Below are positions 1-10,125 of a DNA stretch of 64,000 nucleotides, piece by piece. Every line of letters begins with the position of its first letter. Positions within the stretch are counted from its first letter, which is position 1. The notes below the pieces were generated by a model. That model saw nothing but the letters and a program-made list of their open reading frames with translations. It was not told the DNA's origin and did not search any database. This DNA is from a virus (lineage: Duplodnaviria > Caudoviricetes): IMG/VR virus record IMGVR_UViG_2657245709_000001, positions 10,096 to 74,095 of that record; one strand, written 5' to 3'. The position numbers and the translations under genes are program-made.

Positions 1-2826
1 GGAGATGAGGTAGCTGGCGGCGTCCTGGCACTCGTCGGCATTCGTCGAGTTGATGGTGCGGGTGATCGGCCGCTTGAAGAAGGCCTTCGTGCTGGGGGCA
101 TCGGTGTCGTAGAAGAGCTGCCCGGTGGACTCCTGGGTGACCTCTGCAGCATTGGCCAGGTGGGTCGGGTCGAAGTCGGTCTCGCAGCTCTCGTACGGCA
201 GCTCCCCGAGATCCTCTCGCTCCCCGAACACGTACAGGGGGGCGAAAGCGTTGTAGCGGTCGCTGCGCGACTTGAAGGTGATGGTGCCGTCCCGGGCGAT
301 GTAGTGGGCTCCGCCCTCCGTTGCCACGACGGCCTCGAGGGCACTCACAGCGTCCTGGCCGTCCGTCGCGGCGGGGCCCATGGACGTGGTCAGGCCGGTC
401 TGGAGACTGGTGGGTCCCGTGTATCCGGCGTAGCGGAGGATCCGCCGGTAGCGCGCGGTCGTCGACTCTCCGCTGGCTGCAGCCTTCCACGCGCTGTACA
501 TCCCGGTGATCTGCGCAGAGGAAATGGGAATGGTGGGGAACTCGACGATGAAACTGATGTCACCCTTATAGTTGTTTGCAGTTCCGTTTCCAACGGTGAC
601 GTCGACGAATCCGCCGACATTGTCGGAAATCAACCCCGTAGGCGTTCTATTAACTGCAATTCCGCCGAAGTAGGAAGCAGTGGCGCCGTCCAGAGAAGCG
701 AACATCTGCTGGGTGTTCTGGTTGTAGCCGAACCACAGCAAATGCCAGTTTCCATCGACACAGTTGGCTGAGCCGCCGAACGGGACGACGTTCGAGGCAC
801 CGGATGGGCCTTGGATCCACAGTCTCGGCACACCGTTGGAGTCCAGGTAGAGGTAGATGTGCGCACCCGACGGGTTCCCGCCCGAGCGCTGGCCATCCAT
901 GCTGCTCCACAGGAAGGCACCGCTCGTAGGTGTGGGGCCGGTGTACCTGAACGCCATCAGCCGGGACCACTGGGACGGGTCTGCGGGACCCATAATTCCA
1001 GCGGACGACAATTTGACGAATGACGCGGGCGCAGTGAGAGCGACGCCCGGGCTGCCGTTGTTGAAATTTGCCACCGTCCCCGTACTGCCGGTGTAGATTC
1101 CATTCACGGTGTCAGTGGCCGTGATTTCCGCGCCCAGGGTGACGACGCCCGGCCCGTATTTGCCAGCGGCGATTGACGCTGCCGGGTAATTCCCAGTCCA
1201 GTCCGCCACGCTGGATGAGCCGCTCGGGTCGTCGAATTTGTAGACGAACCGCGGTGAGAGGGAATTGATTTCCTGCGTGAGCGGGTCCGCCAGCGTTTGC
1301 TGGCTGAGGAGCGCCAGCGAGTCGACTGCGGACGGAGAGACGCGCCCGTACGTGCCGTCCTGCCCCCACTGCGCCGGCCAACGCTCGGTCCACCCGGCGT
1401 AGACCGGGTACCAGATGCCGGGTACCTGCCAGGTGGTGGCCTGCGCGCCGGCCTCAAGCTGCCAGCCGTCGACCTGGACGGCGCAGGCAGCGGCAGCGGT
1501 CGCTGCGGTCGCCACGCCGGAGAAGAATCCGGCGGCGCCTGCGGGCGCGGTGGCGGTGACGACGAGCGTCGTCCACCCAGCGCTCGCCGAGCCCGCCAGG
1601 ACCGCGGTGGTGCCGTAGCTGGTGGTGGACGGGGTGAGGCCGCCCGCCGTCGTGTACCAGCCCAGCGCCGCTGCGACGGAGAGGCTGCTGGACTGGGTGA
1701 TGTTCCGGACGCGGAGGCTGACGGTGTACGTGCGGCCCGGTACGACAGGAGGCCGAGGGGCGTAGCAGATCCTCGACTGCGCGGGGGCCGAGGCGGGGAC
1801 CGCGAACTGCATCACGGTGGATCCCTGCCAGGCGCTCGCGGTGGTGACGAAGGTGGCCGCGGTGTCCGTGCTGGAGAAGATGCCGGTGGCCGCTGTCACG
1901 ATGACTCCCGAGAAGCCGCCGAGATCCCCGCCGGTCGCCATCACCTGATCGAGGAGATTCCGGCTGGGCGGCCACTGCGCCCGCCGCCGGTAGGGCTGGT
2001 AGGGGTTGATGGATCCGTACCAGGGCCCGGCCGTGTTGGTCGGCTCGAGGCGCCCGTCGTCGTTCGCCAGCTCGAGCTGCACCTCGGCCGCGCGCACCTG
2101 GTCGGTTTCGTACTGGCGGCCGCGGCCGACGGTGACGCCGTTCCGTACGCGCTCGGAGATGTCGACGTAGCGGTCGAGGGGGACGGTGCCTCCGTTGCTG
2201 TCCCACAGCGGCCCCCAGCCGTCCTCGATCCGGGGGAAGTTGAGGTTGATCTCGGCAGGGGCGGTGACGGTGGTGCCGACCTGATCCACGTAGGCGTACA
2301 TGCCCGCGGCCTCGGTCCCGGAGTAGCCGCACAGCCACACAGCCTGCACCGCGCCCGCCGGCCAGGAGTGCGGGATGGTCGCGCCGGGCGTCCAGGACCA
2401 GCCGTCCGGCGACGTGTCGAAGAGGAAGTTGCCGGCCTGCTCCCGGATACGCCACCAGGCGTGCAGGAACGGGTTGTAGGTGCCGACGGACACGGTCGTG
2501 GTGACACCGGCGTTCAGGACGGCGGCCGACAGGCTCCCGCCGCTGTAGATGAGCGTGGCCCGGTTGCTCGCGTCGAGGCTGAGCCGCATCAGGAGCTGCG
2601 TGCCGCCGTTCCCGACCGGCGGCGGGACGACCCGGGCGTAGACCGCGCTGCTCGTAGCGTCCCAGGGACCCGCGGCACCGAGCTGCGGGTACGACGTCGT
2701 GCACGCGATCTGGACCCGGTCGAGGACCTGGTCCAGGCTCACGTCCGGGGCACTGGTCGAGGCGCTCCAGGTCGGTCCGAGGGCCGGTGCCCCGAAGAAG
2801 TCCTGAAGGGCAGCCAGTTTCGGCAC
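1..2826 (-). CDS. Large minor tail/tail-tip protein with carbohydrate-binding and LamG-like domains (3' end outside window; missing from ORF track)
   Basis: GTG start at 2826 behind a GAGGAG RBS; my translation is open to base 1 (MPKLAALQDFFG...WWRIREQAG...RGRQYETDQV...VDGWQLEAG...DGNWHLL...ECQDAASYLIS). Lies directly downstream of the tape measure gene. Confidence 0.85.
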   Translation of the reverse strand, partial: MPKLAALQDFFGAPALGPTWSASTSAPDVSLDQVLDRVQIACTTSYPQLGAAGPWDATSSAVYARVVPPPVGNGGTQLLMRLSLDASNRATLIYSGGSLSAAVLNAGVTTTVSVGTYNPFLHAWWRIREQAGNFLFDTSPDGWSWTPGATIPHSWPAGAVQAVWLCGYSGTEAAGMYAYVDQVGTTVTAPAEINLNFPRIEDGWGPLWDSNGGTVPLDRYVDISERVRNGVTVGRGRQYETDQVRAAEVQLELANDDGRLEPTNTAGPWYGSINPYQPYRRRAQWPPSRNLLDQVMATGGDLGGFSGVIVTAATGIFSSTDTAATFVTTASAWQGSTVMQFAVPASAPAQSRICYAPRPPVVPGRTYTVSLRVRNITQSSSLSVAAALGWYTTAGGLTPSTTSYGTTAVLAGSASAGWTTLVVTATAPAGAAGFFSGVATAATAAAACAVQVDGWQLEAGAQATTWQVPGIWYPVYAGWTERWPAQWGQDGTYGRVSPSAVDSLALLSQQTLADPLTQEINSLSPRFVYKFDDPSGSSSVADWTGNYPAASIAAGKYGPGVVTLGAEITATDTVNGIYTGSTGTVANFNNGSPGVALTAPASFVKLSSAGIMGPADPSQWSRLMAFRYTGPTPTSGAFLWSSMDGQRSGGNPSGAHIYLYLDSNGVPRLWIQGPSGASNVVPFGGSANCVDGNWHLLWFGYNQNTQQMFASLDGATASYFGGIAVNRTPTGLISDNVGGFVDVTVGNGTANNYKGDISFIVEFPTIPISSAQITGMYSAWKAAASGESTTARYRRILRYAGYTGPTSLQTGLTTSMGPAATDGQDAVSALEAVVATEGGAHYIARDGTITFKSRSDRYNAFAPLYVFGEREDLGELPYESCETDFDPTHLANAAEVTQESTGQLFYDTDAPSTKAFFKRPITRTINSTNADECQDAASYLIS

Positions 2827-2841
2827 CGCGGTCTCCTCTGC

Positions 2842-5800
2842 TCAGCGCTTGTAGGCGGGGTAGGTGCTGGAGTTGCGCATCCCCTTCTTGAGGAAGCCCT
2901 CCTCGACGACCTTCACCAGCTCCCGCTCCGTCATGACGTGCCCCCGCACTTCGACCTTCACGGTGCGCCGGTCGACGTAGGTGTACGAGCCGCTGCGCTG
3001 GGCGGGGATGCGGTAGCTGGACGCGTTCGCGGAGAACGCGGCCTGGCTGATGCTGCTCGCGCTGGTGACCTGGGTGGACAGCCGCTTGGCCGCGGTCACG
3101 GCGTGCCGTGCTGCGCCGGTGATACCGACGGCGAGCCCCTGGGGGATGTAGCCGCCGATGTCTGCGAACACCTGCGACGGCGACTTGATGCGCAGGGCGT
3201 GCCGGATCGCTGCGGCCATCTTCTTGGCGATCCGGACCATCTGCTTCTCGATGGCCTTCTCTTGCCGCTGGAGGCCCTTGACCAGGCCCTGCGCGGCTTT
3301 GATCCCGGCACCGTACATCGCGTCCGCGACGACCGCGCCGGTCTCCTTGGCCTTGGCCTTCATGCTGGTCTGGAGGGAGTTGACCTCCTTGACCTGTCCC
3401 TTCGAGGCAGCGGCCAGGGCGCGGGCGGTGTCGCCGCCGCCCTCTACCCCGGCCGACGCGATCTGGTCGATCAGGTCGGCGCGCAGGCCCTTCTTGCGGA
3501 GCATCGCGAGGTTGGCGGTGAACTCGGCAACCTTCCGCGCCTGCTCGCGCATGCTGGCGACGACGTCGAACGAGTTCACGCTGCGGCCCTCGTCGGGGGA
3601 CGCGGTGACCACCGACATGCCCTGCATCACGCTCGAGGCGATCTCGTCGCGCTTCGACGTCCACGACTTCTGGAGGTCGGCCAGCTTCTTCTGGGCGTCC
3701 TTCAGCTTCTTGGCGGTCGCGTCGCGTTTCGCCGCGAGGGACCGCATCACCCGGTCCTCGCGCTTCACGTACCGCTCGACGCCGGCGAGCGCCTTCAGCT
3801 TCTGGGCGACCCACGCGTTGGTGCGCCGGCCTGCCCTGGTCCTGCTGCTGGTGCGCTGGTCGGTGAGGTGATTGCGGGTCTGCAGGATCAGGGTCTCGAT
3901 CCGCTTGGTCGCGGTCTTGACCTTGGCGGTGCTGCCGGTGAGGCCTTCGACCAGGCCCTGGTTGATGTAGATGCCCAGCGAGCGGAAGACCTTCGACGGC
4001 GAGTGGATGCCGAGGGCGGACTTGAAGGCGTTCTTCGCGCTGTTGGCGATGCCGGACATCACCGAGCTGACGCCGATGGACTTCAGGCCGTTGATGAGGC
4101 CGCGGATCATGTCCCGGCCAGCGGAGGTGAGGAGGGAGCCGAGGGGGCCGAGGGCCTTGCGTGCCCGGCCGGGGAGCCCCCTCACCCAGGCGACCGCTTC
4201 GAGCGCCTTCTGGATCGTCGCGGCGCGGAACTTCAGCCACGCCTCGAGCGCGCGCACGCCGAGAGAGGTGGCGAGCGAGGACAGGGCGGCCTTCGCCCTG
4301 CCCGGCAGGCCTCCGATCCAGGTGATCAGGGCCCGGCCGGTGTTGACCGTGGCGCGGTAGGCGTTCGAGAACCCCCTGCTGATCATCTTCCAGTGGGTGA
4401 CGATGTACGCGACCGCGATCCCGATGGGCCCCGTGAGCAGCGTCAGGAGCATCGGCCAGTGCGCCTTGACGAAGTCGACGACCCAGCCGATGGCGGTGGT
4501 GATCGCCTTGAAGGCCCCGTTGCAGAAGTTCCGGAACCAGCCGATCTTGTTGTACGCCAGGATCAGCGCCCCGACGAGCGCAGCGATCGCGAGGACGACG
4601 AGCATGATCGGGTTCGCGGACATCGCCGCGTTGAGGACCCACTGCACGGCAGCAGCAGTCCGCGTCGCGATCGTCGACGCGACGAGCCGCGCTTTCTGCA
4701 CCGTCCAGGCGATCGCGGATCGGGCCGCGGCGAGCGTCGCCTGGCCGACGGACCGCGCCAGCGTGAGCGCGGCGGTGCCCGCCGTCCGCATCGCTGCACC
4801 GGCGCCGCGGACCGCGCCGACCAGACCGGCCCAGGCAGCACGGCCCGCACTGGCGGCGGCGCGGCCCGCACTGCGGCTGAGCGTCACCGCGGCGCTGCCA
4901 GCGGCGCGCATCGCGCGCCCGGCGCCCTGGGCCCCGGCGACTACGCCCGACCACGCCGCCCGGCCGCCGCGGCCGATCGCCAGGCCCGCGGTGCGCCCGA
5001 ACGATACTGCTGCGCTCCCGGCGCTCTTGATGCCGCGTCCGGCGGCCTTCGCCCCGCTGATGCCGCTGTTCCACGCTCTGCGCAGCGCGCCGCCGAAGCT
5101 GCCCGCCCGGCCGGAGAAAACGGATCCTGCGACCTGGGCGGAGCGGAAGCCCTGGACGATCCGTCCGCCCGCCTTCACGCCGGCCACGCCGAGCTTGGCG
5201 AGCGAGCCGATCGGCTTGACCACCGACATGGTCAGCTTGGCGGCGTACGCGACGACGGCCAGGGCGAGGACGCCGCCGATCACGGAGGCGAGCGCGACGG
5301 CTACCTTCTGGTGGCGTGCGAACCAGTCGGCGGCGGCGGTGACGACCGGGATGAGCTTGGTGCCGATCTCGATCGCCAGGACCGAGACGGTCTGCTTGGC
5401 CTTCGCGAGGCGGACGTTGAAGAGCTTCTGGGTCGCGTCCCAGCCCTCGACGTCCTTCGTCGCGTGATTGTAGGACTCGCGGACTTTGTGGACGCGCTCG
5501 TTATAGCCGTCGGTGTTCTCCCCGGTGAGCTGCAGCGCCGTATTGAGGCCGATCGCGCCGCCGAGCATTTTGCGCATGGCCTCGGTATAGGTCTGCGCCG
5601 CCGGGCCGCCCTTTTTCAGCTCGTCAGCGAAGCCGTGCGAGTTTTTGAAGAGCGTCTTGAACTGCGCGCCTAGCACCTGCTGACTGGCAGGCATTTTGCC
5701 GATGGCCTTGGAGAACTGGTTCCCGGTGAGCGTCCCTTTCTCCAGGCCGTGGGCAAGCTCCTGGAGTTTGGGCGGCATCAGCGAAATCATTTTGCGCATG

Positions 5801-6741
5801 TTCTGCGCAGCGAATTTCGTGTTGTTGAAGCTGGACAGCAGGACCGTGCCCGACTTGCCCATCTTCCCGAGGACGGTCTTCGACAGCAGGTCGAACGTCC
5901 CTGCGAGACCCCGGCCACCGTGGTCGACGTCCTTCATCTTCGTCGCGACGTCCGTCGACGACAGCCCCAGCCTGGCCATCTCCTTCACGGCCACCTGGTT
6001 GGGAGATGCCAGCGAGCGGATTGTGGAGGCCAGCTCCTGCGTGCCCTCGCGCGCGCTGGTGCCGTGCTGCGTCAGGGTCGCGAGAGCGCCTGAGACCTCG
6101 GAGAACGAGATCTTGTTGGCCGAGGCGATCGGAAGGACTGTTGACAGGGAGGAAGCGAATTCCTCCATTGTCATCTTGCCTTCACCGGCGGCCGTCTTCA
6201 TGGCGTTCATCACCTGAACGCTCTTGTCGGCCTTCAGGTGATAAGAAGCCATGACCGAAGTCATTGCGTTGGTGACAGATTCGAGCGACGCGTTCTCTTC
6301 GCGCGCGCCCTGGGCTGCCGCCTTCAGTACTTTTAGACCGTTGGAGCCGCGAATACCGGCCTTTTCGATCTGGTACATGCCCTCAGTGAGGTTATGCCAG
6401 TCGGTGCCCGTATCTTTCGCGACGTCAAGAATGCCCTTTCGAACGGTTTTCAGGTTGGAAAGGGTTTCTCCGGCGGCGGTGTGCAGCACCATCGTGCCGG
6501 CCTCGAAATCGCCGGCCATCTTCATGGAGGCGACCGCCGCACCGGCACCGACCAGACTGACCGAGCGGCCCATCCGGGCCATGCCCGCCGCCACGGTCCC
6601 ACTGGCCTGCCGCATCCCTGCGGCCGTGCCGTTTACCTGCGCGCGGGCCTCCCGCATCGTGGCGCGGAGCTGGGTGATGTCACCCATGAACCGCGCGACA
6701 ACGGGAGGCAGCAGTCCCCCGCCACCGCCACCGCCGCTCAT
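2842..6741 (-). CDS. Phage tail tape measure protein (TP901-like), ~1299 aa
   Basis: Long Ala/Gly-rich helical ORF with TMP core, 'ANPIMLVVLAIAALVGAL' and twice 'IHSPSKVF/IKSPSQVF'. ATG at 6741 has a GGAGG RBS. Follows the tail chaperone and gp10 genes. Confidence 0.93.
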   Translation of the reverse strand: MSGGGGGGGLLPPVVARFMGDITQLRATMREARAQVNGTAAGMRQASGTVAAGMARMGRSVSLVGAGAAVASMKMAGDFEAGTMVLHTAAGETLSNLKTVRKGILDVAKDTGTDWHNLTEGMYQIEKAGIRGSNGLKVLKAAAQGAREENASLESVTNAMTSVMASYHLKADKSVQVMNAMKTAAGEGKMTMEEFASSLSTVLPIASANKISFSEVSGALATLTQHGTSAREGTQELASTIRSLASPNQVAVKEMARLGLSSTDVATKMKDVDHGGRGLAGTFDLLSKTVLGKMGKSGTVLLSSFNNTKFAAQNMRKMISLMPPKLQELAHGLEKGTLTGNQFSKAIGKMPASQQVLGAQFKTLFKNSHGFADELKKGGPAAQTYTEAMRKMLGGAIGLNTALQLTGENTDGYNERVHKVRESYNHATKDVEGWDATQKLFNVRLAKAKQTVSVLAIEIGTKLIPVVTAAADWFARHQKVAVALASVIGGVLALAVVAYAAKLTMSVVKPIGSLAKLGVAGVKAGGRIVQGFRSAQVAGSVFSGRAGSFGGALRRAWNSGISGAKAAGRGIKSAGSAAVSFGRTAGLAIGRGGRAAWSGVVAGAQGAGRAMRAAGSAAVTLSRSAGRAAASAGRAAWAGLVGAVRGAGAAMRTAGTAALTLARSVGQATLAAARSAIAWTVQKARLVASTIATRTAAAVQWVLNAAMSANPIMLVVLAIAALVGALILAYNKIGWFRNFCNGAFKAITTAIGWVVDFVKAHWPMLLTLLTGPIGIAVAYIVTHWKMISRGFSNAYRATVNTGRALITWIGGLPGRAKAALSSLATSLGVRALEAWLKFRAATIQKALEAVAWVRGLPGRARKALGPLGSLLTSAGRDMIRGLINGLKSIGVSSVMSGIANSAKNAFKSALGIHSPSKVFRSLGIYINQGLVEGLTGSTAKVKTATKRIETLILQTRNHLTDQRTSSRTRAGRRTNAWVAQKLKALAGVERYVKREDRVMRSLAAKRDATAKKLKDAQKKLADLQKSWTSKRDEIASSVMQGMSVVTASPDEGRSVNSFDVVASMREQARKVAEFTANLAMLRKKGLRADLIDQIASAGVEGGGDTARALAAASKGQVKEVNSLQTSMKAKAKETGAVVADAMYGAGIKAAQGLVKGLQRQEKAIEKQMVRIAKKMAAAIRHALRIKSPSQVFADIGGYIPQGLAVGITGAARHAVTAAKRLSTQVTSASSISQAAFSANASSYRIPAQRSGSYTYVDRRTVKVEVRGHVMTERELVKVVEEGFLKKGMRNSSTYPAYKR

Positions 6742-6819
6742 CCGAAACCGCCCTCCGGGCACAGCGAGCGGCCCCGTCCGCCGTGCACCCGGGACGGGCA
6801 CAGCGCAGGGGCCGCTCAG

Positions 6820-7275
6820 TCAGTGGTGGGCGGCGAGGGCGGTTCGCCAGGCGCGGTGGTACACGGCGCCGATCTGGCCGGTCGTCACGAGGCGCTCGTA
6901 CGCGGGCTGCACGTACGGGCGCGGCGGTAGTTCGGCGCCGCGGCCGACGGGACCGCCGAGCTCCTGCACGCGGCCGTAGACGGCGGTCGGGCCGACCTGG
7001 GCGACCCAGCGGCCGAAGCCGGCCGGGACGGGGCCGACGACCTTGATGGACCTGCGCAGGGTGCCGGTGACGAGCGAGGGCGGGTCACCCGGCGCGGACG
7101 GCGTCGGGGTCCCCTTGGGGTGGCTGCTCGTGGTGAGCATCTGCTTGATCGCGGCCTCGGCCAGGTGCGCGGCGTGCGCGGTCGCGACGCGGGTCGCGCG
7201 CTGGAGATCCCGCTCGAGGCCCTGCATCGCGGCGTTGAACTGGGCGAGGCCGGTGATGTGCACGGATCCGGCCAC
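6820..7275 (-). CDS. HK97 gp10-like tail completion protein
   Basis: Motifs 'P..VTGTLRRSI', 'VYGRVQELGG', 'PPRPYVQPA'; position in the tail module. Confidence 0.8.
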   Translation of the reverse strand: MAGSVHITGLAQFNAAMQGLERDLQRATRVATAHAAHLAEAAIKQMLTTSSHPKGTPTPSAPGDPPSLVTGTLRRSIKVVGPVPAGFGRWVAQVGPTAVYGRVQELGGPVGRGAELPPRPYVQPAYERLVTTGQIGAVYHRAWRTALAAHH

Positions 7276-7281
7276 CAGCGT

Positions 7282-7541
7282 TCACCCCCTCTCGGCGTCG
7301 CGCTGTGCCTTCTCCTGGGCGTCCGCGCGGATCTCGTCGACGAGTTCGGCGAGGTCGGGGAGGCTGTGGAACACCTCGAGAGGCAGGGCGTCGACCTGGT
7401 CGGGGGTCCAGTGGTAGCGCTCGGCGTACCAGAGGTAGTCGAGCGACCGGTCCCAGCGGGTCTCCGGGTACCGGGTGCTCGAGCGGGCGTTGGCGGGGTC
7501 CTCCAGCCGTGCTTTCAGCCGGCGGAGGGTTCGGTAGGGGA
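7282..7541 (-). CDS. Tail assembly chaperone C-terminal extension (gpT-like), reached by -1 frameshift
   Basis: -1 frame relative to the upstream chaperone with no convincing own start: PYRTLRRLKARLEDPANARSSTRYPETRWDRSLDYLWYAERYHWTPDQVDALPLEVF...AERG*. 'WTPDQVDALP' is typical of gpT regions. Confidence 0.75.
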
Positions 7542-7877
7542 CTCCGGGTCAGCCACCTGCTCCGGCGTCGCCTCCGCCTGCTCCGGGAAGATCAGCTTGT
7601 GCGCGGCCTTGATCTCCGGGAGCTTCTCGACGGCGGCGCTGTCCGCCAGGGACAGAAGCCCCAGGGAGTCCGCGGTGGCCGGCATCGGGAGCTCGAAAGA
7701 CCAGGCGGCGATCATCATGCAGATGACGCCGTCCGCCATCTCGACCTCGGTCGCGAGGGTCAGCTCGGACTCTTCCGCGAGTCCGACCAGCTTCAGCGCC
7801 CGCTTCTTGTCGGCGCGGCGCAGATCGGCGGGGTCGCGGAGTTCGACCCAGTTCCCGGAGGGCAGGGCGTGACGCAT
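7515..7877 (-). CDS. Tail assembly chaperone (gpG-like), 120 aa
   Basis: ATG at 7877 with AGGAG RBS (MRHALPSGNWVELRDP...DPESPTEPSAG*); lies between tail tube and tape measure. Confidence 0.8.
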   Translation of the reverse strand: MRHALPSGNWVELRDPADLRRADKKRALKLVGLAEESELTLATEVEMADGVICMMIAAWSFELPMPATADSLGLLSLADSAAVEKLPEIKAAHKLIFPEQAEATPEQVADPESPTEPSAG

Positions 7878-7924
7878 CGGTACTCCTTGAGGTGAGGGTG
7901 TGAGGGTGGGGTGGGCCCGGTCGG

Positions 7925-9166
7925 TCAGTAGGTGCCGGGGGCCACGTTGCAGGTGACGGAGATCTTGCAGGGGCTGTAGGAGCCGCTGCCGCCCGCGTTC
8001 GTCGTGTTCAGCACCGCCTTGAAGCTGTTGCTGTACTCGACGGCGGTCTTCGACCCGTCCGGCTCGGCCTCGACGAAAGCGACCTTCGCGAAGTCGAAGA
8101 CGATGGCGCCCGCGTTGAGGCCGGCCAGGCCGTTGTTGATGGCCAGTTGGAGCTGGGGCTGCGAGTTGTTCAGCATGTACAGCAGCGGGCTCTCGTCGGC
8201 GGCCACGAAGTTGAGCTTGCCCTCGACGGTCAGGCCGGCGCGCTGGATCACGTACGGGACCTGCGAGCCGTTCCCCGTGAAGTACGGGTTGATCTCCCTC
8301 TTCAGGGAGATCTCGCCGTCGGTGACCGTGGAGATGAGCGTGCCGCCGGTGGCCGGGCCGCCGATCCCGACGGACATCCGCCACGAGGCGATCGGTGCGA
8401 CCGTGCCGGGGTTCGAGGTCGGCGCGGAGCCGAGGACCACGGACGGCCACGAGGTGGCCTTCCCGTCCCACGTGAACAGCTCGCTCTCCGAGTTCCACTT
8501 GAAGCCCATCTCGGAGAACACCGCGCCGGGGTACTGGCGGGCGCCGCTTGTCGCGGTTGGGCCGAGCATGTGGGTCAGGGTGTGCGTGATCGGCTGCCCC
8601 GTGCCGGAGTTGAGGAGCGCCCACGCGTAGGTGTACGGGCCGGTGACGGGCTGCACTGCCTGGCTTGAGGCATGCGGGTAGACGAGACCGCCCGTGGGCG
8701 TGGTGAGCGGGATCGTGTACGGGCCGGACCCTGACGGGGTGCCGGTGGTGAAAACTTCCGCCGTGGCACCGGACCCGATCTGCACGACCGTCCCGGACGG
8801 GATCGTCGCCGTGGTGGAGATCGACGCGGCGCCCGCGACGGCGGACGCCGCCAGGGTGGTGGCGCCGGAGCCGGTGGACGTGCCCGTCGTGGACAGGTCG
8901 CCCATCAGGTTGCGCAGGAAGTAGCTGATCCCGTCCAGGAAGACCGGGCCGCCGAGGTCGAGGTCGGCGGTCGCCACGCCGGGGATCTGCGCGAAGGAGT
9001 CGGTGCCCATCGCGCCCCTCCACGCCTTGTCCTCGAGGAACTTCGGCTGGTCCTTGGGCTTGAAGTTGTCGACGAGGACCGTGGAGGTCATGGGCACCGG
9101 CGTGCCGGCCGTCGTCTCGTTGGCGATGCCGACGAACTGCTTCGCGGGTGCGTACGTGGTGGGCAT
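7925..9166 (-). CDS. Major tail tube protein with inserted beta-rich domain
   Basis: N-terminal 'FVGIANETTAGT', Thr/Gly/Ser-rich, upstream of the chaperones. Confidence 0.8.
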   Translation of the reverse strand: MPTTYAPAKQFVGIANETTAGTPVPMTSTVLVDNFKPKDQPKFLEDKAWRGAMGTDSFAQIPGVATADLDLGGPVFLDGISYFLRNLMGDLSTTGTSTGSGATTLAASAVAGAASISTTATIPSGTVVQIGSGATAEVFTTGTPSGSGPYTIPLTTPTGGLVYPHASSQAVQPVTGPYTYAWALLNSGTGQPITHTLTHMLGPTATSGARQYPGAVFSEMGFKWNSESELFTWDGKATSWPSVVLGSAPTSNPGTVAPIASWRMSVGIGGPATGGTLISTVTDGEISLKREINPYFTGNGSQVPYVIQRAGLTVEGKLNFVAADESPLLYMLNNSQPQLQLAINNGLAGLNAGAIVFDFAKVAFVEAEPDGSKTAVEYSNSFKAVLNTTNAGGSGSYSPCKISVTCNVAPGTY

Positions 9167-9169
9167 CGG

Positions 9170-9541
9170 CTACTCCTTGCTGCTCAGGAGGCCGCCGGCG
9201 TTGTCCGCGGCCTGGTTGGGCTTCTTGCGGGTCTTCGCCCACCGGCCGTCTGCAGGCGGCCCGTCGGGCCAGTCGAAGACCGTGGCGGCCTGCTCGGGGA
9301 TCTCCGGGCTGGTGTCGGTGGCGGGTACGAGCGGCTGGTGGGCGTAGCAGGTGAGGGGGACGTGCGGGTACACGCAGCCGATGCCGTGCACGTACTCGTA
9401 GACGCCCGGCGTCAGCTCGGGGCCCTCGTCCTGCCCGGCGCCCTGGCCGTCCGTCTCGGTCCCGGGCGCAGATTTGCTCTCCTCGGTAGCCGGCTCGTCG
9501 GGGGCTTCGTCGGTGGACGTGCGCGTGCTGGTCTTGGCCAT
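9170..9541 (-). CDS. Hypothetical virion-module protein
   Basis: GGAGG RBS, tight packing; acidic N-terminus. Confidence 0.65.
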   Translation of the reverse strand: MAKTSTRTSTDEAPDEPATEESKSAPGTETDGQGAGQDEGPELTPGVYEYVHGIGCVYPHVPLTCYAHQPLVPATDTSPEIPEQAATVFDWPDGPPADGRWAKTRKKPNQAADNAGGLLSSKE

Positions 9542-9588
9542 GCGGGCCTCCTGGTCGTGGAAAAGGTGGGCCCGCGCGGGGGCCTGGG

Positions 9589-10122
9589 TCAGGCTTCGAT
9601 GTACTCGACGGCCGCGAAGCGCACCTCGAAGTAGCCCTTGGTGAGTCCGGCCTTGGTGGCGGGTTGCGAGTACTCGACGTCGATGCCGTCACCGCCGGCC
9701 TCGGTGACGTGCTCACCGGCCTGGAAGACACAGCCGCCGAGGGTGCGGTCCCGCCGCATGTAGGCCACGAGCGCGTCCCGCAGCGCGTACGCGTCGTCTT
9801 GGGCTTCCTCCGCGTACGGGGTGTTGCTGCGCAGGAACGCGTGCAGGAGCACGTCGTAGACGATCAGCTTCATCCCGCTGTGTTCGCCGCCGAGTGCGAC
9901 CCGGCGCTCGTGCTGGCGCGGGATGGTGACGAGGAGGACGCAGCCGGTGCGGGCGCCTGCCGGGAGCCCGTTGACGTAGTCGGCGATCTTGTCGTCCGTG
10001 GGGATGCCGCGCCGCACGACGCCGATGCCGGGGACGGGCGAGCTTCGGTAGGTGCGGGTGACCGGGTCGTACTCTCCGCCGAAGTAGCTGGCGATGCCGT
10101 CGAGAACGCTGGTGATCGACAT
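9589..10122 (-). CDS. Putative tail terminator/neck protein
   Basis: Size and position; 'RRDRTLGG' motif resembles tail terminators. Confidence 0.6.
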   Translation of the reverse strand: MSITSVLDGIASYFGGEYDPVTRTYRSSPVPGIGVVRRGIPTDDKIADYVNGLPAGARTGCVLLVTIPRQHERRVALGGEHSGMKLIVYDVLLHAFLRSNTPYAEEAQDDAYALRDALVAYMRRDRTLGGCVFQAGEHVTEAGGDGIDVEYSQPATKAGLTKGYFEVRFAAVEYIEA

Positions 10123-10125
10123 CGT

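Noticed and set aside
1454-5074. 1206-aa Arg/Pro-rich minus-strand ORF overlapping the tape measure and tail genes
   Set aside because: Off-frame GC3 artefact; the overlapping frames encode recognisable phage proteins.
1297-5673. 1458-aa plus-strand ORF, and similar long plus-strand ORFs (e.g. 17212-20949, 12968-15550, 33453-36101)
   Set aside because: Antisense shadows of real minus-strand genes; stop-poor frames are expected at this GC content and they contain no recognisable motifs.
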